Source: Octopus bimaculoides
Taxonomy: Eukaryota
DNA: 64,000 bases
NCBI RefSeq assembly: GCF_001194135.2
Contig: NC_068995.1
Coordinates: 49,903,770-49,967,769, forward strand
Reading direction: 5' to 3'
Shown here: one piece after another, positions 27,331 to 39,445 of the stretch
Layout: each line of letters begins with the position of its first letter
Numbering within the stretch: position 1 is the first letter of the stretch
Program-made: the position numbers and the translations under genes
Notes under the pieces: generated by a model
Database searches by the model: none
Told to the model about the DNA's origin: nothing
The model's input: only the letters and a program-made list of their open reading frames with translations

Positions 27331-29072
27331 GTCGATTCGTCGCCTATAAAACACGAGGACTCGCCATTTCCTGTCCAGTTAGCAAGCCTGGATACAGTTT
27401 ATGCCATGTCCGTAATCCCCATCTGTAATTAACATGTTAATTACCACTAATTATGTGTACATTCAGTGAGTTTTCTTTTTTCCACAACTCATCTATTACA
27501 CATTTGCCTAAATTCTACAGATTTAGCATAATGTTCTAAATACTGTAGCACCATGATTTTACTGGTGATATATAATGGTTGAGTTTTTTTTTTTTTTCTT
27601 TCAAGAATTTAGAGAAATTCCTTGGTGTTCCTAGCAATACTAATAAAAGAATTGTAACTACAGTAAAGTATTTTTCTTCTGACCGCAAACCTCACACTTG
27701 CTGTGCACAAGTACGGCCAGAACAGTAATATTTCAGAATTCCTCTTAGATTATTCTATGTTTAAAACTATGTAATTCCCTTCAATATGCTACTGTAATAT
27801 ATCACGTTTATGGAATACATATATACATACATACATCACACACATATACGTGTGTGTGTGTGTGTGTATATATATAATACATACATACATCTATGTATGT
27901 ATGTAAGGTACGTGAGGAAGTACATTGTGACCAGCGTTGTATAACAACATCCTATAGTCTGGCCGATACAGTTATACAGTGATATATTTATATGTGTGTG
28001 TGTATGTGTATTTGCTATATCATAAATGACCAGAGTAATATGGCACAGGTGAATAAATATGAGTGACATAGTACCTGTGAATACCCACAGTATCACTTAG
28101 ACCACTTGTGACTTGGTCTACCTTGTCCCAATACCAGTGGCCAACCTTCAGTGTCACACTACTAGCAACCATCTGCAGCATGTGACAATACTAGTGGCTT
28201 GCTCACATTGTCACACCACCATTCAATAGACAGATGAGTGACTAGATCTAGACAGCCATAGCACTAGTGACTGAAGCTAACAATGTAACAGCACCCGTAA
28301 CTTGATCTACATGTCACAATGAATCAGTGACAGTAAAGTACTATTTTCTAAACAGTTGTGACATTGAGAAGATGTTGTTACCAAAATTCTTATGTTCTTC
28401 AACTAATTTCAGCTATTATTTTACCCATTAGTTCAAAGGAATTTTAAATGGATTAGATACAGCAATAAAATGAAATACAAATTAAAATAACAGTGATTTA
28501 ATTCATATGAAGCCAGATTTATTCAAATTCATAGTTTTGTGTTAAATAAAAGTTAATAAAATGAAATTATAAAAATAATGTTCAATTCTCCGACTTATTT
28601 TGTTTTACGTGTTATAAATTCTGAATTCAAAATTTTCTTTACTATAATTAAGATAATGAAGAAAAGTGGAATAAAGAAATAGTTGAGAGCTTCTATACAA
28701 ATGCTATGTTTAACATTGCATTTTTGCTTATATTTCAAATAATTTGCTTTGTGTTATTCATCTTTAATAGCCTGAAAGACGGAAGTGGTAATAGGTGAGT
28801 TTTAAGAAAGATCAAACTAGTCACTTTGCTTCTCATTCGAACTTGCTGAAGGGTGTTGTGACTAACTCATAGGTCCTATTTTCATTCAAATCAGTTGGAA
28901 TTCTACTCTACAGTGTTGGTCAGCTGGAACTCCTTACAACAGAACTGACCATCTAAATTGTTGAAGACAGAAAAACAAGGAGAAAAAACAAAATGATTTC
29001 CATTCATCTCTGAAACACACCTTAGATAAAAAAAATGAAAAAGGCAAAAGTCTTGCTCTGCTGTTTTTATTG

Positions 29073-32000
29073 TTAATATGAGACTTCTGAATATATAGCT
29101 TGTGGACATGTGATTTGTCTGCCACCATCAATGGGAAACAAGGCTCCTGTGATGAAGGAACTGGCATCAGAAGCTAAGAATGCAATTGCCTTAGCAACAT
29201 CATCGACTTCTCCTGCACGTCCAAGAACGTGGGTTCTTTTGGCTTTCTCTAGATGCTGCAAAGATACAGGGTCATTATGAAAATGTTGACTGATAGAAGA
29301 TCAATTCATACCGGTGTGAATACACACACACACACACACACACACAAATACATTTGTAAGACCAAAACACAGTTATGTTGTCAATACACAGAAACACAGT
29401 TTTAAAATTGTCACATCTATGAAAGTAAATATATTTATGCTTTGTGTTGTGTAACTGATTTTCAAGAGTTGTGTAATATACAGCTTGCCTAGTAAATTAC
29501 ATTGAATAGATCTGAGACACACATCATCATCATTTAACATCTGTTTTCCATGCTGGCATGGGTTGGATGGTTTCACCAGAGCTAGTAAGGCCAGGGGTCA
29601 CACCAGGCTCCATTGTCTGTTCTGGCATGGTTTCTATGGCTGGATGCCCTTCCTAATGCCAACCACTCCATACTATGTACTGGGTGCTTTTAACATGACA
29701 CCTGCACCAGTATCAATTCTGCCGTGGTGGACGAGTCTTCTTGAGTACAGTAAGGCCCTAGATACCTCAGTTCTTAGTCATCTCCTTTGTAAGGTTCAGT
29801 ATCTTGAGATTGGCCTTAAATACTTCCTCCTATGTCTTCCTGGGTCTCGCTCTCCCACAAGTTTCATCCACTTTAAGTGATCAGCATTTCTGTATACAAC
29901 TGTCTTGTCTAAATAACTTACTTAAAATAATTTTGAAAACCAAAAGTTATTTAGAGTAATAAACACAGAATTTTCATATCTTTGATAATCTGTGAGAAAC
30001 ATAAGAAATCTCAAGTAAACAAGAAAAGAAAACACTCAACCTTACCTGAGCATAAACTTCTTCACTCATGCCTGTTCTTTTGTGTATTTCAGTGACAACA
30101 AACCCAGGACTGAAACATTATTTGGAAGAACAAACCATTTAGTTGAAGAGGCAATATTAAATCTGTATTGTGAGGGACATGGGTGGTCAACATGACCAAG
30201 TGAATAGTCTCATGCCATGACCATAATCAATGTATTTTAACTCTGGCTGGTTCAGATCCACAACGCTAAAATAGGTTCAATGATTAGGAACAACTTGTTT
30301 CAATGTGCAACGACAGCATTATTGTTTCATTAGGTTGTTGCACTAAGTTTAACACTTGTGCTGTGCCCGCTAACGCATAGGCATATAGGGTAGTTCCCTT
30401 GAGGCCTCATGGGTCTAGGGGCCCAATTCTTATCTCTGCATGTTGTAGCTTACTGTTTATAAATAAACACTACTAATATTGATTCTTTTCTTCACCACAT
30501 TTATTTCTAGTTAGCATTTATAAAGTTCCCTAGAAATTTGAACACTAACTTGATTAACTGAAGATGATATATTAAAAATATTGGTATCTTTAGTAATTCA
30601 TTTTGATATTTAATAAACAAAGTCTTGCTTTACAGTTGGACTCTGCAGTGAGACCACATGGCTTTGTGATAGCTTGGTATAAGAATCAAATTGATGAGTT
30701 TTATCTTAAGAGTCATCAGGATTCACTTTTATAAATGCCAAAAGATAACATCAAAAAGCTACTTATTAAAATCTAAGCAACAGTACACACAGCACAACTC
30801 ATTTACATAATGGTACAAGAATTACTTATTCTACAAAATGGTATAAATATCTGAACATTAACAGAACTAATGTGAAAATATGAGACTTACTTGACACTGT
30901 TTACACGCACTTTCTTCGATGCCAACTCTGCAAAACATAGAGAAAGATGAAAAATACTAAGATACATCACAAAATAACAAGATACAACAATGGCTGGAAC
31001 GCTTAATCACAGGCCTGCTTGACCAGGGTCAAAACAACACAGAACTGAAAATAAAATAAAATTGAAAAACATTTTAAAGAAATGAGGAAAAAACATCAAC
31101 ATACCAAGAGCTACAGTACAGGTGAATTGATCCAAAGCACTTTTAGACATGTCGTATGCTAGAGCTCCAGGGAACTGAAATAAAAATGGTAAACTGAATT
31201 GAATAGGAAGACTTTGTCATAAATTCACAATAACCCTTTAGCATTTAAACTTGCCATATCTGACCCAAATTTTCTATTTTATGTTTGAACCAGCCTGATT
31301 TGGTCTTTCACACCTAACCTACAATGTTATTCTGAAAATAATCTCATCACTGAAATCTCAAAGCTATGAGATAATGCATGATTAATTCAAAACAATGAAT
31401 AAACAAACATATTTCACAGAGTAATCTGAGTGCTAAAGGGTTAAAAATGGTAAAGACCCCACTTCGGTCATGAATGACCATGGGATTGCACCTAGAAAGT
31501 TCCCTTCTCAGGTACAAGTTCGCACATGCATACCAGCCTCTCCTCTCCATGCCACCAATGTTATCCAAGAACTGGATTAAGTTAGTGTGAAGTTTGCTGC
31601 ATATACATTATTTACATTCGACGGATATTTGTCCTCATCTTGTTTGTTGTTAACACAACGTTTCGGCTGATATACCCTCCAGCCTTCATGAGGTGTCTTG
31701 GGGAAATTTCGAACCTGGGTTCTCATTCCTAAGGTATTTTTCCATGTTATAATTTTGAACTTCAGTAGAATACACATCTAGCAGCCCAGAGGTGACTGGC
31801 ATGTATCTTCTCTTTGTATCTGCCATACAATCGTTTTTCTAAACAGCACCATTATAGAAAGAAAGAAAAACTATTCTAAAAATGACTTACAGCTCTTAGG
31901 CCACATATACTGGAGACATTCACTATAGATCCTTGGGTTGCTATCAAATGAGGCACCGCTAACATAGTCAACTGATAAACAGACCTAGAGGAAGAAATTT

Positions 32001-35000
32001 AGTCATCATCAGCATCATCATCATAACCATCATCGTTTTAACATCTACTTTTTTTATGCTTTCATAGATGAAGTATGACAGACATATATATATATAAAAA
32101 TTTAGGACAATCAGTAAGTTGTCATTATAGTACTCGGAGTTTCAAATGCCAGAGCAAAGAGCTACAATGCATTCTCATCAGCTATTAATGCCATTAACAG
32201 CCAACAAGAATGCATCATAGCTCTTTGCACCAACATTTGAAACTCTGAGTATTATAATGACAACTTACTGTTTGTCCTAAATTATACATATATAAATATT
32301 TACCTAATATTGAGGTCTCATTCTTTTGTTGTCACTTATTATTATTATTATTATTATATATACATACAACAGGCTTCTGCACCTGTAATGATTAACTTCT
32401 AATTAAAAATTTCATACCGCACATTAACGTTAAAGATTTCATCAAACTGCTTCAAGCTGCTGGTTTCAATACTTCCATGTGCTAAAATTCCGGCACAGTT
32501 CACCTGTTGATGCCATACAAAAGAAAAATATGGTTTCTAAAGTTTATCTACAAGAAATAATGCATTATGTGGAGGAAAATAAGGGTTGAAAGGACAAAAT
32601 AATGGTACCAAGAAAATGGTAAAAATAGTTAAGGTAATGTTAGTTTATCCTTTCAGAATCATATTTCTAATGAGACAGTCCATATTTAAATTCATTTTGA
32701 AACAAATAGAAAACAAAATATTGATGATTAAATTTAAGCAATTTAGAAGGATTAGGTAAAATTTTATCATTAATTAAAATGATGCCTGGAACACTGTCGC
32801 CGCCGCCAGCAGTGGCGTCATTTAGCGTCTGGCTGCCAAGCTGGCATAGTTTGACAGGGGCTGACCAATCAGAAAACTACATCATGCTCCAGTGTCTACT
32901 TTGGCAGAGTTTCTGCAGCTGGATGTCTTTCCCAATGCCAACCACTTTATAGAATGTACTGGGTGCTTTTTTTTCCATGGCACCAACACAAGTGAAGACT
33001 GCCTTATAATTTGCAAGGTTGAGGGCCTAAATTGGCCCCTATAACTTAGGAAGGACAGAAGAGAGAGTAGGTAATGATTTTAGGTGGAGAGACAAGGGAT
33101 GATAAGTAAACGAAGATAGGGGAATATGACAGGGAATGGGGGACAAAGAAGGGATTAGTGACAGGGTTGAGAACAAATGGGAGGGGATAAAGCTGAAAAA
33201 GTGATAGGGTGGGTTGCGTACAGAGTTGGGAGTAGGGCTGTCTAATAATATAAGGGATGAGTGTGAATAGAAGGCATGAGGGAAATGGAACAAAGGAAAG
33301 GCAATAATTTTGGGATGGAAGTTTTGAATATGTGAATATTTTAAAATAAAAGGGGCTGAAATTAAAACCAGTTGTCTCAGGTGAGTTGGTATAGAAAGGG
33401 TTAAAGATAAGGAGTGGAAATGAGAAACACTAGAAATTGCAGCAGATTTAAGAAACAAATATATTTACCAAAATGTTTAGTTTTCCAAAATGAGAAATGG
33501 TTTTCTCCATCACAGTTTTCACATCATCTTCCTTTGAAAGGTCAGCCACAACCATTAATGGCTGAAATAAGAAATAGTTTTCATCAAATAGCATCAATTT
33601 AAACAGACCACAGATGGGGAACCCTATCATTTCTTGGGTTTGGAGTCTGTATTAAAAATTTCATTTGCATGCAGTTTAACAAAAACAGTTATTTAGTCCC
33701 AGGAAGGCAATGGAAAGTAGAAATAGAAACAATGAAGGGCAATGGATGTTTAATTAGTAGAGTGGCAGGCATTTTGCCTTGTAATATATATATATATATA
33801 AACCAATTGGTAAGATCAGGTGTAATGGATATATAATACAGTACACTTTCNNNNNNNNNNNNNNNNNNNNNNNNNNNNNNNNNNNNNNNNNNNNNNNNTA
33901 TATATATATATATATATATATTAATATATTAATGAAAGTGTAACGTATTATATACCCATTACAGCTGATCTTACCAATTGGTTTCACACTAGGGGTTCAA
34001 CAGAGTGATAGATAACAGTCTGGTTATGTAACCCTGCACTCATCAGAGGTAGCCATCATGATATTTAGATATACATACATGTATGTGTATATGTATGCAT
34101 GTATGTATATGCTGATGACCTTGTGATGAAGATATTCCTCAGCAGCTTGAAGAAATATTGAGAAATCTTAGGTCCAAGTTTGCATTTCTGTTTACCTACA
34201 TATGTATGTGTATGAGTGTGTGTGTATGTATCTATGTATGTATGTAATCAGACTGTATACATTAACATGATGGTATACTGTGTTAGGGTTTTCCTACCAC
34301 TAAAACAACAATAAACGTATCAGTGTATCTATCTGCATAATCATATGCATGCAGAAGTCAGGCATGCACATCTACATGCATCTACACATGTAATTGTTTT
34401 ACCTGGCAGCCATTTTTTTCGCATTCATCTGCTGTTTTCTTCAAGTTCTCTTCTTTCCTGCCAGTAATAGCCAACTTTGCACCAAGTTTACTAAACAACA
34501 CTGCAGTACCTGCACCAATACCAGAACTGGCACCTGAACAAAGAAATAATACATTAAGCTATGTTATACTCATAGTCAAAGAGTTACATTTCACACACAC
34601 ACACTATAGGATGCACTGTAACAGGATAGTCTTCTCCAAATTCAAACATAGAAAGACTAAGTTTGAAAGTCATACCTGCTGGTGAATAATATTATCGTAT
34701 TTGATAATGTTGACAGCAATAAGAAAGAGGAACAGAAAAAGTAGGTGGTTAGAATGAAATTAGTGTAACAGATAATTAGAGATGGGGATTGTGTTGGCTG
34801 CAGTGAACAGTGGCGGACTGGCCAGGTTGCCAGCTTGCCCAATGGCAAGTGGGCTCCTATGTTATTAGAATCCATACATGGGGGCCCATGTTAATATCCA
34901 ACGGGCCCATCTACTCAAGTTTGAGAATCTTTATTCACTCCTGGAAGAATGCATTGATTATTTCAGGCTGGTTGAAAAAAATACTTTTAACAAAAAAAAA

Positions 35001-36562
35001 AAAAAAAAAAAAAAATTAAATGATAGCGTTGTAGTTGTGGGTGGGCCCCCTTGTAGTAGCAGATGGGCCCCCTTAGTATATATACAAGAACTGGAGACTG
35101 TTTTAGCTGAAGAATGGACAAAATTCCTTTGGAAACAATTCAAACTTTGTACGAGTTCATACCTCGTAGAATTCAAGCTGTAATTACTGCCATTATTTTG
35201 TCCAACCCCTGTATATATATTTACGTGTGTATGTCTTTGTGCCTATGTTTGTGTCCACCCCCAACCATCGCTTGACAATCGATGTTGGTGTATTTACGTC
35301 CCCGTAACTTAGCGGTTCGGCAAAAGACACCGACAGAATAAGTCCTGGGATCGATTTCTTCGACTAAAAAACTCTGTAAGACAGTGCTCCAGCACGACCG
35401 CAGTCAAATGACTGAAATAAGTAAAAGAATTAAAGAAAATACTCTGCAGATATTCGGAGATTTCCAGACGTATGTTCAGCCATACGATCGGTTCTCACTG
35501 AATAATCGAATCTGTTCGCCGATAGCTGCAGACAAGCTTTCTAAAGTAAGCTACAAGGTTTCAACCCAAACTGGGTTAGTATTTTAACGTGGTTTTGTAT
35601 TATATCACCTGTATCATACACATACGTGTTATACATGTAATTATTAAATTATCTAAATTTTCAATAATATATATATATATATATACACGCGTGCTCACAC
35701 ACACACAGCCTCTGTCACCCAGGGTTGACGATAAATTTCCAGTTGCTCATATCTTTAAAAACAAGTAACACTTCTGAACGTTTTCACCACCTCCATAAAC
35801 TAGTTTCGTGTGGTTTATTATCTCTGTTTATCCTAAGATAAACAGAGATAATAAATAAACAAAAGGTACTTGTAGAATATATACGCAAACAACGATTCCT
35901 TTATAAAACGGAAGGGACCACATTATATGCTAGACTCACTACAAGTCCTCAAAACTTCTCAAGTATAGACTTCGGATCTTAACCCTTTGACCGGCAAAGA
36001 TCCTAGACTTCTATTGTTTATAAAATACATTATAAAACACGGTAATTAAATAACTTTAATTAGTCATAATAATTACAGGCCTCCTAATCTTTTAGAACAT
36101 TGTCATTTTATATGATTTTGCTGGCAAATTTTTAAATTGACATAAACATTTATTTACATGAAAGAAAAATGCCAGAGAACTAACATTTAATTCTTCCAAA
36201 TCTTTACCGGTTTGATGTTATTTACGTATACATTCGACTAGTTTATCCGGGTTAACATGCAATTTCGTAAACTAATTTGATAAACCTAGGTTATCCTTCA
36301 TATATATACCATTCCTTCTTTAACAGGGTAAAGTTTGATTTAAACGAAATTTGGCTGCTATTTCTAGCAGAACGAACGCGTCTCGTATTACACGGGTGAT
36401 ATTTGAGGCAGAGATGCTACTATTGAATTATTTTTTACACTTTGTTGTGTGTTTTGTTGGTTTCTTCATAACAACGAAAATAAAAAAGGAAATAATAAAC
36501 AGAGGAAAATTTCCCTCACCGCTAATCAAAGCCACTTTTCCACTTAAATTAATGATGTCCAT
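29073..36562 (-). CDS. Classical SDR oxidoreductase (FabG/3-oxoacyl-ACP reductase-like), paralogue B, 266 aa, 9 exons
   Basis: Exons in transcript order: 36562-36520, 34533-34403, 33561-33469, 32503-32418, 31984-31891, 31174-31105, 30927-30891, 30109-30046, 29255-29073. All GT-AG; 801 nt, in frame. Motifs: VALISGASSGIG (Rossmann Gly motif), ITGRK, VNCAG, NVSS, YDMSK (catalytic YxxxK), VRVNSVNPG, FITG..FPIDGG. Confidence 0.95.
31577..31765 (-). mobile_element. Penelope-like element terminal fragment with degenerate hammerhead core (SDR-B intron 5)
   Basis: Minus strand CACCTCATGAAGGCTG-GAGGGTATAT-CAGCCGAAACGTTGTG: CTGATGA-like core, GGCTG/CAGCC stem, GAAA. Confidence 0.55.
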
Positions 36563-36734
36563 GTTTCGTTTCAATCTTCGTTTCGCTGCCGTCAACAAAC
36601 ATCAATCTGAAGAAGAAAACGAAACGAAGAAACTTCCGTTTCCATATCTGTTTCCCAAGACTATTGTCAAGGTTAAGTTTCTATAAAAAACACAACTTTT
36701 GTTACAGAAATACCTCGTGAAAAAAAACACAATC

Positions 36735-36945
36735 ACTCTTTACTCTTTTACTTGTTTCAGTCATTTGACTGCGGCCATGCTGGAGCACCGCCTTTAGTCG
36801 AGCAAATCGACCCTAGGACTTATTCTTTGGAAGCCTAGTACTTATTCTATCGGTCTCTTTTGCCGAACCGCTAAGTTACGGAGACGTAAACACACCACCA
36901 TCGGTTGTCAAGCGATGTTGGGGGGACAAACACAGACACAAACAT
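36735..36945. mobile_element. Abundant short interspersed repeat (family also at ~2447-2640, 16045-16250, 17790-18000, 35240-35430, 45580-45770, 62460-62650)
   Basis: Near-identical CATTTGACTGCGGCCATGCTGGAGCACCGCC...GCCGAACCGCTAAGTTACGG...GGGGGACAAACAC recurs many times in both orientations. Confidence 0.85.
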
Positions 36946-37136
36946 ATACACACACATATATACCATTGCCGAACCGCTAAGTTACGGGGGCATTTTATAT
37001 TTCGGAAAAACTAAAAGTTTCACTAAATGTACGCAAAAACAAAAGGAAATACATAAATAAACAAATAGATAAATTAACAGAGTGAAAGTGTCACTGGAAA
37101 ACTAAAACTATGTTGTCATTTTCACAATACATGACA

Positions 37137-37631
37137 GTTGTTGTCGGCACTCCGTCGCTTACGATGTCGAGGGTTCCAGTTGGTCCGATCAACGGAACAG
37201 CCTGCTCNNNNNNNNNNNNNNNNNNNNNNNNNNNNNNNNNNNNNNNNNNNNNNNNNNNNNNNNNNNNNNNNNNNNNNNNNNNNNNNNNNNNNNNNNNNNN
37301 NNNNNNNNNNNNNNNNNNNNNNNNNNNNNNNNNNNNNNNNNNNNNNNNNNNNNNNNNNNNNNNNNNNNNNNNNNNNNNNNNNNNNNNNNNNNNNNNNNNN
37401 NNNNNNNNNNNNNNNNNNNNNNNNNNNNNNNNNNNNNNNNNNNNNNNNNNNNNNNNNNNNNNNNNNNNNNNNNNNGGAAGAGTACAGCACCCCCCCCCCC
37501 TGCCGGAGCTTCGTGGAGCTTTAGGTGTTTTCGCTCAATAAACATTCACAATGCCCGGTCTTGGAATCGAAACCGCGATCCTATGACCGCAAGTCCACTG
37601 CCCTAACCACTGGGCCATCAATTGCGCCTCC
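37137..37631 (-). mobile_element. Same SINE family as 13676-14050, inserted between the SDR promoters (interior is an N-gap)
   Basis: Both ends match the 13.7 kb copy in reverse; TSD CACAATACATGACA at 37123-37136 and 37635-37648. Confidence 0.85.
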
Positions 37632-37835
37632 ACGCACAATACATGACAACTTAATAGACAAACAGAACATGAAATGTAATATCTAAATTAATTAAACGAA
37701 CAAGTCGTAAACAATATTTAAATAGCCACTTCCTCTGGTCTATTTGCATACGAATTAAAACGGAAGTCACGTTGCACTTCCATTCTTCTTCATTCTTGCC
37801 CTTCTAGTAAACAGCTGCAACCTAAAGTCGGAACC

Positions 37836-39409
37836 ATGGATATGTGTAACTTAAGTGGCAAAGTGGCTCTAATAAGTGGTAAGGTCTTCGTCTGTAGTCT
37901 AATCCTTTATATATATATACTGTTGTTGTTGTGCGGGAGCGATCAAACACGTTGCAGAACATTAATTGGTGTCACCTTGCATTTTATTCGTTTAAACATG
38001 GATTGTTTTAAAGACCACCCGTCATTTTATTCTTCATTAAGCATTTTTTTTCTTTTGTATTTATTTTTAAAACGATACTCAGTATTTTTGATTTGAGCAT
38101 CAGTCAAAACCTAAAAAAAAAAAGAAGGAAAACAAGAAACAAGACTATTGATAAGGTTGCAATACGCAACGAAAATTTTAGGAAAATAAAAAGAAAAATA
38201 AGTGGAAATTTTACCGGTGTGTGTGTGTCAAATTTTAAGGCACAATAAGAAAATGACTCCCCAGACACAACAGAAGAAACGAAGAAAACGAAATACAGGA
38301 CGTTCCAATAGAATAAATTTTTATTTTTGTATATAACATAGAAACAGGGGGACTGGAGNNNNNNNNNNNNNNNNNNNNNNNNNNNNNNNNNNNNNNNNNN
38401 NNNNNNNNNNNNNNNNNNNNNNNNNNNNNNNNNNNNNNNNNNNNNNNNNNNNNNNNNNNNNNNNNNNNNNNNNNNNNNNNNNNNNNNNNNNNNNNNNNNN
38501 NNNNNNNNNNNNNNNNNNNNNNNNNNNNNNNNNNNNNNNNNNNNNNNNNNNNNNNNNNNNNNNNNNNNNNNNNNNNNNNNNNNNNNNNNNNNNNNNNNNN
38601 NNNNNNNNNNNNNNNNNNNNNNNNNNNNNNNNNNNNNNNNNNNNNNNNNNNNNNNNNNNNNNNNNNNNNNNNNNNNNNNNNNNNNNNNNNNNNNNNNNNN
38701 NNNNNNNNNNNNNNNNNNNNNNNNNNNNNNNNNNNNNNNNNNNNNNNNNNNNNNNNNNNNNNNNNNNNNNNNNNNNNNNNNNNNNNNNNNNNNNNNNNNN
38801 NNNNNNNNNNNNNNNNNNNNNNNNNNNNNNNNNNNNNNNNNNNNNNNNNNNNNNNNNNNNNNNNNNNNNNNNNNNNNNNNNNNNNNNNNNNNNNNNNNNN
38901 NNNNNNNNNNNNNNNNNNNNNNNNNNNNNNNNNNNNNNNNNNNNNNNNNNNNNNNNNNNNNNNNNNNNNNNNNNNNNNNNNNNNNNNNNNNNNNNNNNNN
39001 NNNNNNNNNNNNNNNNNNNNNNNNNNNNNNNNNNNNNNNNNNNNNNNNNNNNNNNNNNNNNNNNNNNNNNNNNNNNNNNNNNNNNNNNNNNNNNNNNNNN
39101 NNNNNNNNNNNNNNNNNNNNNNNNNNNNNNNNNNNNNNNNNNNNNNNNNNNNNNNNNNNNNNNNNNNNNNNNNNNNNNNNNNNNNNNNNNNNNNNNNNNN
39201 NNNNNNNNNNNNNNNNNNNNNNNNNNNNNNNNNNNNNNNNNNNNNNAGGTGCCAGTTCTGGTATTGGAGCTGGTACTGCAGTGTTGTTTAGCAAACTTGG
39301 TGCAAAGTTGGCTATTACTGGCCGAAAAGAAGACAACTTGAAGAAAACGGCAGATGAATGCGAAAAAAATGGTTCTAAGGTAAAATAAGTCTCATTTAAC
39401 ATGTCTGTG

Positions 39410-39445
<36 letters not shown>

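Larger units (their letters stand above)
36563..37835. promoter_or_regulatory. Divergent (head-to-head) promoter region of the two SDR genes, with an ETS/GABP-like AAACGGAAGT upstream of each ATG
   Basis: ATGs are 1.27 kb apart. AAACGGAAGT lies at 37758-37767 (+), 68 nt before ATG-A, and at 36641-36632 (-), 69 nt before ATG-B. Octamer ATTTGCAT at 37742-37749. Two retroposons fill the middle. Confidence 0.6.
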
